Source: an uncultured Solirubrobacterales bacterium
GTDB lineage: Bacteria > Actinomycetota > Thermoleophilia > Solirubrobacterales > Solirubrobacteraceae
Assembly (NCBI GenBank): GCA_963725165.1
Contig: CAVRXK010000007.1
Span: 33,025-97,024 of the forward strand
DNA length: 64,000 nucleotides
Direction of reading: 5' to 3'
Numbering within the stretch: position 1 is the stretch's first letter; the number at the start of each line of letters is the position of its first letter. This document shows, one piece after another, positions 30,329-38,977 of the stretch. The position numbers were made by a program, and so were the translations under genes. Under the pieces are notes generated by a model. It saw nothing but the letters and a program-made list of their open reading frames with translations. It did no database searches and had not been told where the DNA came from.

Positions 30329-31879
30329 ATGAGCACCGCCACCGCCCAGCCAGAGAGCATCCAGCGCACCCAAAGCGCACGACAGGCAACCGACCAAAGC
30401 GATGCCGAGCGCAAACGCGAGCGCCGGCGCTGGATCGCGCTCGCGGTGCTGTGCCTGGGACAACTGATGATGGTGCTCGACGCGACGATCGTGAACGTCG
30501 CACTGCCCTCGATCCAGCGCGAACTGCACTTCTCCCAAGGGAACCTCACGTGGGTGATCAACGGTTATCTGGTCACGTTCGGCGGCTTCCTGCTGCTGGC
30601 CGGCAGGATGGGCGACCTCGTTGGGCGCAAGAGGGTGTTCTTGACGGGCCTCGTGATGTTCACCGCGGCATCTGTGCTGTGCGGGTTCGCACAGGATCAG
30701 ACGATGCTGATCGTCTCGCGCATCATCCAGGGCGTCGGCGGCGCGGTCGCCTCGAGCGTGATCCTCGCGATCATCGTGACCGAGTTCCCCGAGCGAGTGG
30801 AGCAGGCGAAGGCGATGGGGATGTACGCGTTCGTGTCGGCGGGCGGCGGCTCTGTGGGACTGCTGGCGGGAGGCGCGCTCACACAGTCGTTGGACTGGCA
30901 CTGGATCTTCTTCGTGAACGTGCCGATCGGCGCGATCGCGTTCGTGTTCGGTTGGATGCTGATCGAGGAGAACGAGGGAATCGGTCTCGCCGGTGGCGTG
31001 GACGTGCTCGGCTCGTTCATGATCACGCTCGCGACGATGCTCGGCGCGTTCGCGATCGTGAAGTCCAGCGAATACGGGCTGCTGTCGGCGCGCACGCTTG
31101 GCGTCGGCGGAGCATCGCTGGCGCTGCTGGCCGGCTTCCTCGCGCTCGAGTCGCGCTTGGCGAACCCGATCATGCCGCTGCGCATCCTGCGCTTGCGCAT
31201 GCTGATGGGATCGAGCCTCGTGCGCGGCCTGCTCATAACGGGCATGTACTCGGCGTTCTTCCTCGGGGCGCTGTACCTGGAGCGGGTGCTCGGCTACGAC
31301 GCGATCGACACCGGGCTCGCGTTCCTGCCACTGACGTTCTCGATCGCGGCGATGTCGATGGGCATCTCGGCGAAGGCCGTGCAGCGCTTCGGCGCGCTGC
31401 AAACGCTTATGGCCGGCTTGGTGGGGATCGTTGTGGGCCTGCTGTTGCTCGCCGCGCAGGGCCTGCACGCGAGCTACTTCCCAGGCCTGTTCCTTGCGTT
31501 CCTCACGCTCGGACTGGGCGCGGGCGCGTCGTTCCTACCGCTGCTCACGATGGGGATGTCCGATTCGCCTCCGCGCGACGCGGGGCTCGCGTCGGGGATC
31601 ATCAACGTGTCGGTGCAGTTGTTCGGCGCGATCGGCCTGGCGACGCTTGGAACGATCGCAACCGACCACACGAACGCGTTGAGCGCGAGTGGGCACTCGT
31701 TGGCCAGCGCGTTGACCGGTGGGTACCACGTGGCCTATCTGGTTGCGGCCGTGTGCGTCAGCCTGGGAGTTCTTGCGGCGTTCCTGGTGCTGCGCCCGCC
31801 GGCAGTGGCGCGGCAAGAGACCGCGTCAACGCTTCAGGAGGCCGAGCCCAGAGCCGAAGCGGAGCTGGTCGCCGCCTAG
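30329..31879 (+). CDS. DHA2-family MFS efflux transporter
   Basis: LDATIVNVALP, GRMGDLVGRKRV, WIFFVNVPIG and about 14 TM segments. Confidence 0.92.
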   Translation: MSTATAQPESIQRTQSARQATDQSDAERKRERRRWIALAVLCLGQLMMVLDATIVNVALPSIQRELHFSQGNLTWVINGYLVTFGGFLLLAGRMGDLVGRKRVFLTGLVMFTAASVLCGFAQDQTMLIVSRIIQGVGGAVASSVILAIIVTEFPERVEQAKAMGMYAFVSAGGGSVGLLAGGALTQSLDWHWIFFVNVPIGAIAFVFGWMLIEENEGIGLAGGVDVLGSFMITLATMLGAFAIVKSSEYGLLSARTLGVGGASLALLAGFLALESRLANPIMPLRILRLRMLMGSSLVRGLLITGMYSAFFLGALYLERVLGYDAIDTGLAFLPLTFSIAAMSMGISAKAVQRFGALQTLMAGLVGIVVGLLLLAAQGLHASYFPGLFLAFLTLGLGAGASFLPLLTMGMSDSPPRDAGLASGIINVSVQLFGAIGLATLGTIATDHTNALSASGHSLASALTGGYHVAYLVAAVCVSLGVLAAFLVLRPPAVARQETASTLQEAEPRAEAELVAA

Positions 31880-31912
31880 GCCCAGGTCCGACACGTCCAG
31901 CATGAGCGTGTG

Positions 31913-32008
31913 TGGGGCCGCACATGTGCGGCCCCACCGGGCCTTGCATGCAAGGCCCGGCCGGACGGTGCATGCACCGTCCGGGCCAGCGCCACATGTG
32001 GCGCTGGC
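31913..32008. repeat. Array of four abutting perfect 24-bp palindromes centred on CATG
   Basis: tggggccgcaCATGtgcggcccca | ccgggccttgCATGcaaggcccgg | ccggacggtgCATGcaccgtccgg | gccagcgccaCATGtggcgctggc. Confidence 0.95.
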
Positions 32009-32035
32009 TTCAGATTCAAATGTCCCCTATCGCCC

Positions 32036-32734
32036 TCAGGGAGGACCTGGTAGGCCGAGCAACTGAACGACCGCGAACACGAGGATCAGCGTCCCTACCC
32101 CGATCAGTCCGTAGCGCGCCTGGCGCAATGGGAAGTGCCCGCTGATCCCGACCAGGAACAGCACCGTTGCGAGGAACACGGTGTCGCGCACGTACTTGTC
32201 TCCGGTCGCCCCCGCTTCGGAGCCCTCCGCGAAGCTCGCGTCCGCCTGAGCATCGTCGACGTTCGCGGCGTGTTCCTGGGGAATGACGTACTGCGGCATG
32301 TAGGAGGGTCCGGGCAGCGCGTTGGGGTTGTGAGCGGGATCGGTGGCCAGCCACGCGTAGAACGCGGGACGGTAGCCGGGACGTAGACGCTTCTCCGCGA
32401 GGCGCTCGGCGAGCGTGTTGCCTGCTGTGAACGCGCTGAACCACGCGTTGAACGACACCGAGTCCAGCGTGCGGATCTGCAGTCCTTCGAGGTCGGCGCG
32501 GTTGGCCTTGGTACGTGCCGCCGACGCCTTGGCGAGCGACACCGATGAGTGGGTGCCCCACTTGGCGGCGGCGTAGCCGGAATAGGCAGCGAGCACCGCC
32601 ACGAGCGACAACAGCAACGCCTCGGTCACCGACAGCAGGCGGTCCTTGCGATCCTTCGGCGGATCCTCGGCAGCGTGCTTGTGCTCGCCGATCTCCTTGC
32701 CCACCTCGCTCGCCGAGAGTCCCTCCGGGCTCAT
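32036..32734 (-). CDS. Conserved hypothetical membrane protein
   Basis: EALLLSLVAVLAAYSGYAAAKW...YVRDTVFLATVLFLVGIS, three TM segments and GC-typical codons. Confidence 0.7.
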   Translation of the reverse strand: MSPEGLSASEVGKEIGEHKHAAEDPPKDRKDRLLSVTEALLLSLVAVLAAYSGYAAAKWGTHSSVSLAKASAARTKANRADLEGLQIRTLDSVSFNAWFSAFTAGNTLAERLAEKRLRPGYRPAFYAWLATDPAHNPNALPGPSYMPQYVIPQEHAANVDDAQADASFAEGSEAGATGDKYVRDTVFLATVLFLVGISGHFPLRQARYGLIGVGTLILVFAVVQLLGLPGPP

Positions 32735-32775
32735 ATCCGCCTTACCGTACACCCCGCGGCGCGTATCCTGGCGGC

Positions 32776-33318
32776 ATGCCCACTCTGAAGATCTCCATTT
32801 TGGTCGCGTGGCTGCTCTTTTGGATCTACTGGCTGATCTCCGCCGCCGGCGCCAAGGAAGGCTCACGGACCAGGCGGGCGCGGGTTCCAGGCCTTCTGAT
32901 CGCGGTGTTGGGATATGTGCTGCTGCGCATATTCGGGACGGGCAGCCTCGCTGTCCACAGTCCGATCCTGGAGGCGGTGGGGGTGGTGTTGTTCATCTGC
33001 GGACTGTGCTTGGCGGTGTGGGCAAGAATCTATCTCGGGCGCAACTGGGGTATGCCGATGACACAAAAGGACGACCCAGAGCTTGTCACCTCGGGCCCCT
33101 ATCGGTTCGTGCGCCACCCGATCTATTCGGGCATCCTCCTTGCACTTCTGGGCACATCGCTGTCCACCGCGATCTATTGGCTGATCGCCGTTGGGGTGAT
33201 GGGGATTTATTTCATCCATAGCGCGGGCGTGGAGGAAAAGATCATGACCGCCTCATTTCCAACCACCTACCCGAGCTATAGAGCGAAAACCAAGATGCTA
33301 ATTCCATTTGTGCTTTGA
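32776..33318 (+). CDS. Isoprenylcysteine carboxylmethyltransferase-family protein
   Basis: LGRNW, LVTSGPYRFVRHPIYSG, EE..M...F..Y..Y. Confidence 0.88.
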   Translation: MPTLKISILVAWLLFWIYWLISAAGAKEGSRTRRARVPGLLIAVLGYVLLRIFGTGSLAVHSPILEAVGVVLFICGLCLAVWARIYLGRNWGMPMTQKDDPELVTSGPYRFVRHPIYSGILLALLGTSLSTAIYWLIAVGVMGIYFIHSAGVEEKIMTASFPTTYPSYRAKTKMLIPFVL

Positions 33319-33407
33319 GAATCAGCCGTCAGAGCTCATGCTCTCATCGATCGGCCCCATCGACCCGAGTATCAGCGGGCCATGAGCAACGGGAACCGGT
33401 CGCGTGC

Positions 33408-33677
33408 TCACGACCTCGGGTTGGCCTCGGCCCAGGCGACGATCTTGTTTGATTCATCGACAATCGTGCCGTCGTCGAGCACGAGCGTGGGAACCTTGTA
33501 GTTACCCGTAATGCGCTTCACCGCACAGCGGCCACGGAACAGGCGATCGGTCCCAAAGCAGCCATAGGTCCGCACAACCTCGGGCGCGTAGCCCGCGGAG
33601 ACGAGCGCCCTATGGGCACGTGCGCATGGATGACGAGCGGCGGGGCCGAACGTGCCGTAGCAGACATAGAGCTTCAT
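33408..33677 (-). CDS. Glutaredoxin/GST N-terminal-domain protein (paralogue of 22512-22826)
   Basis: LYVCYGTFG...HPCARAHRAL..AG...VPTLVLDDG..ESNKIVAWA. Confidence 0.75.
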   Translation of the reverse strand: MKLYVCYGTFGPAARHPCARAHRALVSAGYAPEVVRTYGCFGTDRLFRGRCAVKRITGNYKVPTLVLDDGTIVDESNKIVAWAEANPRS

Positions 33678-34119
33678 CTCAGTACTCCAGAGCATCCTAC
33701 CCGTGGTGCCCATCGGAGTCCACGCACCAAGCGCCGCTTGGCGGCCACGAACTCGCCCATGATGCACCTGTACAAGGCCACTTTGGGCGTTGCAAGATGG
33801 GCGACAGTCTGAAAGAGGGGACTCCACGTTGGGACCTTGATCATCGCGGGGACCGTTCGGGACGGGCTGGCCAGATTGGCAGCGCTGCTATCCAGAGAGG
33901 TCTCGCCAAATATCTCACCGACGCCGGGTGCTGACTGCCACCGCCGCCGGCACGGCTACGAACGACACCCCCGGCGATGATGACCCGCGCCGGCTCACCT
34001 GGGATTACTCCGACTGCGCGCGAGCACCATCCAGGACGCTTGGAGCATCGGCAAACCCTAATAGTCCTCGACACACAACCCCAGGCAGGGTATGGAGGCT
34101 ATCCGGCTAATCTCGCCTT

Positions 34120-34908
34120 GTGGACGAAAAGTTAGAGGCCCAGCTTGCCGCGCTGCGCGAAGCGCTCGCGCCACTGTCCGCCGCGCAGCTGGAGGTATTG
34201 GCGGGCATCGTGGAGGGGTTTGAGTCCAAGCTGGAGGTCCACGCCGATCCCACCTCAGACTTCGTGAGCGACGCGTTGGCGCAGACATTTGGAGATCTGC
34301 TCCTCATACACCACACGCTCTCACGCGAGAGTTTCTCCAAGGACAAGTTTGAGCACGGACTTGAGACAGCGCTCCGGAGAGTCGGCATACCGGCAACGCT
34401 CGCGGCGAAAGGGAACCCCGGTCACGACATCACCGTGCGTGACGAGCGATGGTCTCTAAAGACGCAAGCGGACCGCGGCATAAAACCTGACCGCATCCAC
34501 ATCTCTAAGTTCATGGAGCTGGGCAAGGGACAATGGGTCACCGAGGCGGACCTTGCCGGGCTACGGGACCGCATGTTCGCTCACATGCGGGGATATGACC
34601 GCATCTTTACGCTGCGGACACTGAGCGCAGCGAGCGCCGCCGCGCGAGATCCCTTCCATCAATACGAGCTGGTGGAGATACCGAAGGCCCTGCTACTGCG
34701 GGCGGCCGTTGTGGACTGCGTGATGCGACACGACAGCAAGCAGAACCCCAAGCCCGGAAGCTGCACCGTGACCGAGGACGGCCAGGTGCTATTTGAGCTT
34801 TATTTTGACGGCGGGACCGAGCGCAAGCTGCAAGTCAGACAGCTCGCGAAGTCTGCGTGCCAGGTTCATGCGACGTGGCGATTTCCGAGGGCGGCCCCAC
34901 CTGCATGA
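34120..34908 (+). CDS. Type II restriction endonuclease, SmaI-like
   Basis: Motif series FGD.L..HH, NPGHDIT, SK.MELGKG.W, Y.RIFTLR, LVEIPK.LL, SKQ.PKPG and LYFDGG.ERKLQ matches R.SmaI as I recall it; not aligned. Confidence 0.8.
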   Translation: MDEKLEAQLAALREALAPLSAAQLEVLAGIVEGFESKLEVHADPTSDFVSDALAQTFGDLLLIHHTLSRESFSKDKFEHGLETALRRVGIPATLAAKGNPGHDITVRDERWSLKTQADRGIKPDRIHISKFMELGKGQWVTEADLAGLRDRMFAHMRGYDRIFTLRTLSAASAAARDPFHQYELVEIPKALLLRAAVVDCVMRHDSKQNPKPGSCTVTEDGQVLFELYFDGGTERKLQVRQLAKSACQVHATWRFPRAAPPA

Positions 34909-35789
34909 GGCCCGGCGCGAGCCGGTCCAACCGGGATTGCGCGATAGCCGCATACTCTGGATTGAGCTCCACTCCAACGAAGTCGCGGCCCTCTGACGCA
35001 GCGACCTCACCGACGGTTCCCGAGCCGAAGAACGGATCAAGGACAACCCCCCCAACCCGACTCCCTGCGACAACCGCGGGACGCACAAGCTCGCGGGGGA
35101 ACGTCGCGAAATGGGCCTGAGGACAAGGTTCTGTGTTGATGTCCCAGACCGTGCGGCGCCCGCGCAGCCCGCTCCCGTTGAGCACCGGCCGCGCAAGGCC
35201 GCATAGTCGTAGTCGTAGCGGAGCGACTGGAGAACAGGAAGACGAACTCGTGGGAGCGCGAGGGGCGATCCTTGACGCTCTCGGGCATGGCGTTGGGCTT
35301 GTTCCAAACGATGTCGGAGCGCAGATACCAACCGTCTGCTTGAAGCGCGAACGCGACGCGCCACGGAACCCCGATGAGGTCCTTGGGCTTGAGGCCCTCC
35401 GGCGTCGGCGCCCGATAGCTCATGCCGCGCGCCGCGAGCTTCTCGTCGGAGTCCCGCCATGTGCGCCCACCGCTCGTGTAGCTGTCGCCGATGTTGAGCC
35501 AGAAGATGCCGACAGATCATTGAGCGTTCGCCGAACCTCCCGAAACACCGCGACCAAGGAGGCGATGTAGTCGTCAAGAACTTCCTCCGCTCCAATTTGA
35601 TGCGCGATCCCGTAATCGCGCAGGCCCCAGTACGGCGGGCTAGTAACGCATGTTGCAAAGACACCGTCGTCAAAGGTGGCGAGCACCTCACGCACATCAC
35701 CGATGATTAGCCGCCCGCGCCCGAGATCGGTCGCCTCGGGGCGGTGGCTCTGGGTCTGAGAGCGAAAAGAATGTTGCTGCTTGGGCCAT
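34835..35789 (-). CDS. N4-cytosine DNA methyltransferase (beta class, M.SmaI-like), frameshifted
   Basis: TSPPYWGLRDY precedes LDPFFGSGT. Also WLNIGDSYT, KPKDLIGVPWR, NAMPESVKDRP and AHFATFP. Convergent with the endonuclease; start approximate. Confidence 0.85.
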
Positions 35790-35914
35790 TCGATGGCAGA
35801 GAGTACGCGATAGGGGTGACGGTTACTCTTGCCGTGATCGTTACCCGTTTGTTACCAGCCGATGCCTTCCCTCACGGATCCCTCTAAGAAGTTGTCTCAT
35901 AACCTTCGTAGGCT

Positions 35915-36391
35915 GTGCGGACGGTGGCGCGGACGTGGTTGCAGATCAGGGTGGACTTGCTTGGGGGGCGGGGGGTCGCGTGCGATCCGTCCCCGGGACG
36001 GTCTTTCTCGTTGGTCCGTCCCATTCGTTTGAGCAGTTCGCTGAGGCAATCGATGGGGCGTTCGCGCGGTGGGATCTCTCGCATCTGCATAACTTTGAGT
36101 TGAGCGATGGTCGGCTGATCGGCTATCCCGACGACTCGTTCGGTCCCGAGTTGGTGTGGTTCGGATCACGCCAAGTTGAAGGTCGCTCGGGAGGTCAAGC
36201 CGGGTGAGGAGTTCGAGTACGTGTTCGATCTCGGCGATAACTGGCAGCACCGCTGCACTGTTGAGCCCGAGAAGGCCGATCCGGTCGAGGAGTACGGCAT
36301 CGTGCCTGATCGGCCTGTCGTGATCTGGGGTTGGGGATCCATCCCAGACCAGTACGGCCGGCGCAGTTTCGATGACGACGGGGAAGACTGA
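35915..36391 (+). CDS. pRiA4b ORF-3 / IS1096-passenger TnpR-family protein, frameshifted
   Basis: AIDGAFARWDLSHLHNF, FEYVFDLGDNWQHRC, GWGSIPDQYGR. Confidence 0.75.
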
Positions 36392-36396
36392 GGCTT

Positions 36397-37196
36397 TCAG
36401 GCTGTGAGCTTGCGCTGGCAGACCACAGCGCAGCCGAGCAGCATGAACGCGAGGTGCAACTCGGCCGAGCGCTCGTAACGTGTTCTGAGCCTGCGGAGGT
36501 TATGGAGCCAAGCGAACGTTCGCTCCACGACCCACCGCTCCTTGCCCAATCCGGATCCGTGCTCGGTGTTGCGTCTGGCGATCACGGGCTTGATGCCTCG
36601 CTTGCGTAGCTCGCGACGGTACTTGTCGTGGTCATAGCCGCGGTCGGCGAGCACCCGTTGCGCGTGCTTGCGTGGACGTCCCCGCTTCCCCCGAACGGGA
36701 CCGACACCGTCGATCAACGGCAATAGCCGCGTGACGTCGTTGCGGTTCCCGCCGGTCAGGGTGATCGCGAGCGGAATCCCGTTCGCGTCGGTGATCAGAT
36801 GATGCTTTGAGCCAGTACGGGCACGGTCGACCGGCGAAGGCCCGGTATGGAGCCCCCCAAAAGCGCACGAACATGGCCGCCGTCGACGACCGCCGCCGAC
36901 CAGTCGATCCGGCCCGCCGCGTTCAAGGCTCGCAACAACTCGCGGTGAAGACGCTCCCACACCCCCGCCGATTGCCACTCCGCGAGCCGGCGATGCGCGG
37001 TCGCGGGCGAGCACCCCATCTCCTGGGGAAGATGCCGCCACGCGATCCCAGTGAACAACACGAACACGATCGCGTTGAAGCAAACACGGTCATCCACACG
37101 AGGACGACCGCCCCGAGGATCAGGAGCATGGTCAGGAAGCAACGGCCGGACCGCCTCCCACAACTCATCCCGTACCCGCCAGGCCGAACTCGCCAT
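36397..37196 (-). CDS. IS5-family transposase in two overlapping ORFs (IS427-group-like)
   Basis: OrfA DELW...GRPRVDDR..TGIAWRHLP. OrfB GPSPVDR..GSKHHL, ADRGYD, RWVVERTFAWL. Junction at a TTTTGGGGGG run. Confidence 0.9.
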
Positions 37197-37320
37197 CAGG
37201 ACACCACCTCCTCACCAGAGTTATGACACCCCAACAGGTTCGCCCGTCAAGCCCCAAAACCTCCCCCCAGAGGTATTGAGACAACTTCTAAGCCAGACCA
37301 GGACTCGTCTCGTCTGCCAT

Positions 37321-37357
37321 TGGACAGACTTACGCTAAATGCGTTAGACTGTCCCAT
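37321..37357 (+). promoter_or_regulatory. AbiE promoter/operator: imperfect 14-bp inverted repeat over -35/-10; leaderless start
   Basis: GGACAGACTTACGC-TAAAT-GCGTTAGACTGTCC (12/14), TGGACA and TAGACT boxes, ATG 7 nt after the -10. Confidence 0.6.
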
Positions 37358-37936
37358 ATGCCCGGTCGCAACTTCAAGGCGCTGTATGAGATCGCCGAGG
37401 ACAACTACGGCTTCCTGACCGTCGATGACGCGCGCGAGGTGGGCATCCGCCCGCAGCGACTCGCGGAGATGGCGCGCAGAGGATCGCTACAACGGGAAGG
37501 ACTCGGGCTCTACCGTCTGGACCCTTTCCCCGTTCATGCGCTGGACAGCTATCGCAAGGCAACCCTCTGGCCGTACGGAGTCGAGGGTGTCCTCAGCCAC
37601 GAAACGGCGCTCGACCTCTACGAGCTCAGCGACGTCAACCCAGCGAAGATCCACCTCACGGTCCCCAAGCGCTACCGCCTGCGCCGCCGCGAGGCACCAC
37701 CCGTCTATCGCTTCCATCACGAAGACCTCGACACGCCCGACATCACACGACACGAGGGTCTGCCGATCGTGACACCGACGAAGGCCATCCGCCAATGCCA
37801 CGAGACGTACCTACGCCGTGACCTGCTGCGCCAGGCCATGGAGCAAGCCAGGGAACGCGGACTGCTGACTCGCGGCGCCTACGCCGAGCTCATGCATGAG
37901 GCCGGGTTCAACCCCGCGACAGTCTCGACACGATGA
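37358..37936 (+). CDS. Type IV TA AbiEi-family antitoxin
   Basis: IAEDNYGFLT..A...G, GLYRL, VLSHETALDLYEL, IHLTVP, GLPIVTP. Confidence 0.85.
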   Translation: MPGRNFKALYEIAEDNYGFLTVDDAREVGIRPQRLAEMARRGSLQREGLGLYRLDPFPVHALDSYRKATLWPYGVEGVLSHETALDLYELSDVNPAKIHLTVPKRYRLRRREAPPVYRFHHEDLDTPDITRHEGLPIVTPTKAIRQCHETYLRRDLLRQAMEQARERGLLTRGAYAELMHEAGFNPATVSTR

Positions 37937-38796
37937 GCACCGGACCGTCACCAAGGAGTCAGCCGAAGAGCGAGAAACAGCTCGGTCGTCTGGTATCCAG
38001 CTATGCCGAAGCAAGCGGCCTGGGCGTACGGCGGGTGCGCCAGCGCGTATCAGCGATGGCGTTCCTCGGTGCGCTGGAGCGTGTGCACGAGGAGGACTCG
38101 ACCGCACGATTTCTGCTCAAGGGCGGCATCGCGTGCGAACTGCGCTTTCAAGACCAAGCGCGAGCCACGCGCGACCTCGACGCGCTCTTCCACGGCTCCC
38201 TCGACGAGTTGCTCACCGACCTCGACACGGCCTTTGAGGCGCCCTACTCGGGCTTCTCGTTCAGCTACACGCCGCCGGAAGCAGTCCGCGACACCGGCGC
38301 GCACCGCTTCGACCTCAAGCTGACCTACCAAAGTCGCGGCTTCGCAACACTGCGCATCGAGGTCTCACCACCCGAGGGGCAGGCCCACGAGCCGGAGTCG
38401 GTGCCAGCACTGAGCATTAGCGAGTTCGGTCTCACGAGACCAACCGAGGTCACCTGCCTGTCGCTGCGGTATCAGATCGCACAAAAGATTCACGCCTGCA
38501 CTGAGCGCTTCCCCAACCGTGAAAACGAGCGCGTCCACGATCTGATCGACCTACAGCTCATGGAAGAACTGATCGAGGACTACAGCCGCGCGAAGACGGC
38601 CTGCATCGAAATCTTCAAGTTGCGCAGAACACATCACTGGCCACCAACGCTGACCATCGAGCCCACTTGGCGCGACACGTACCGCGAGCTGGCCGCCGAG
38701 CTCGACTTTCCAACCAAAGACATCGATGAAGCCATCGCGCGCGTGCAGGCCCTGATTGACGAAATCCATGCCGAGCGACCCGACAAGGCAGCGTAA
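37933..38796 (+). CDS. AbiEii/AbiGii-family nucleotidyltransferase toxin
   Basis: LLKGGIAC, ARATRDLD, QIAQKIHA, ERVHDLIDL. ATGA overlap with the antitoxin. Confidence 0.88.
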   Translation: MSTGPSPRSQPKSEKQLGRLVSSYAEASGLGVRRVRQRVSAMAFLGALERVHEEDSTARFLLKGGIACELRFQDQARATRDLDALFHGSLDELLTDLDTAFEAPYSGFSFSYTPPEAVRDTGAHRFDLKLTYQSRGFATLRIEVSPPEGQAHEPESVPALSISEFGLTRPTEVTCLSLRYQIAQKIHACTERFPNRENERVHDLIDLQLMEELIEDYSRAKTACIEIFKLRRTHHWPPTLTIEPTWRDTYRELAAELDFPTKDIDEAIARVQALIDEIHAERPDKAA

Positions 38797-38977
38797 GGTC
38801 AGTTACCTTTAAGGCTGCATCTGGCCCTGATGCCCCCACTGGATACCGTCCGGGGTCCGCCTTTGGTTGAAGCACGTGCCCTCGGTCACTGGTCAGACGC
38901 CGCTGGAAAGAACTCCACCTCGACCTTGCTTCCCAGATCATTCCAGCGGTCGTCGGCGAACCCGAAGAGCGGGCGAG

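Larger units (their letters stand above)
35888..37288 (-). mobile_element. IS5-family element (about 1.4 kb) carrying a passenger gene
   Basis: Terminal IRs GAAGTTGTCTCA (35888) and TGAGACAACTTC (ends 37288), TAA repeated on both flanks. Encloses the transposase and a pRiA4b ORF3-like gene. Confidence 0.8.

Noticed and set aside
20494-32008. CRISPR or TIGR interpretation of the 24-bp arrays
   Set aside because: There is no constant repeat longer than about 4-6 bp, no repeat-spacer alternation of CRISPR size, and no cas or Nop-domain gene in the window.
31758-32145. Small ORFs on both strands with MCGP/CMQGP/CMHRP 8-aa repeats
   Set aside because: They are by-products of the 24-bp DNA palindromes, which read the same on both strands; there is no coding evidence.
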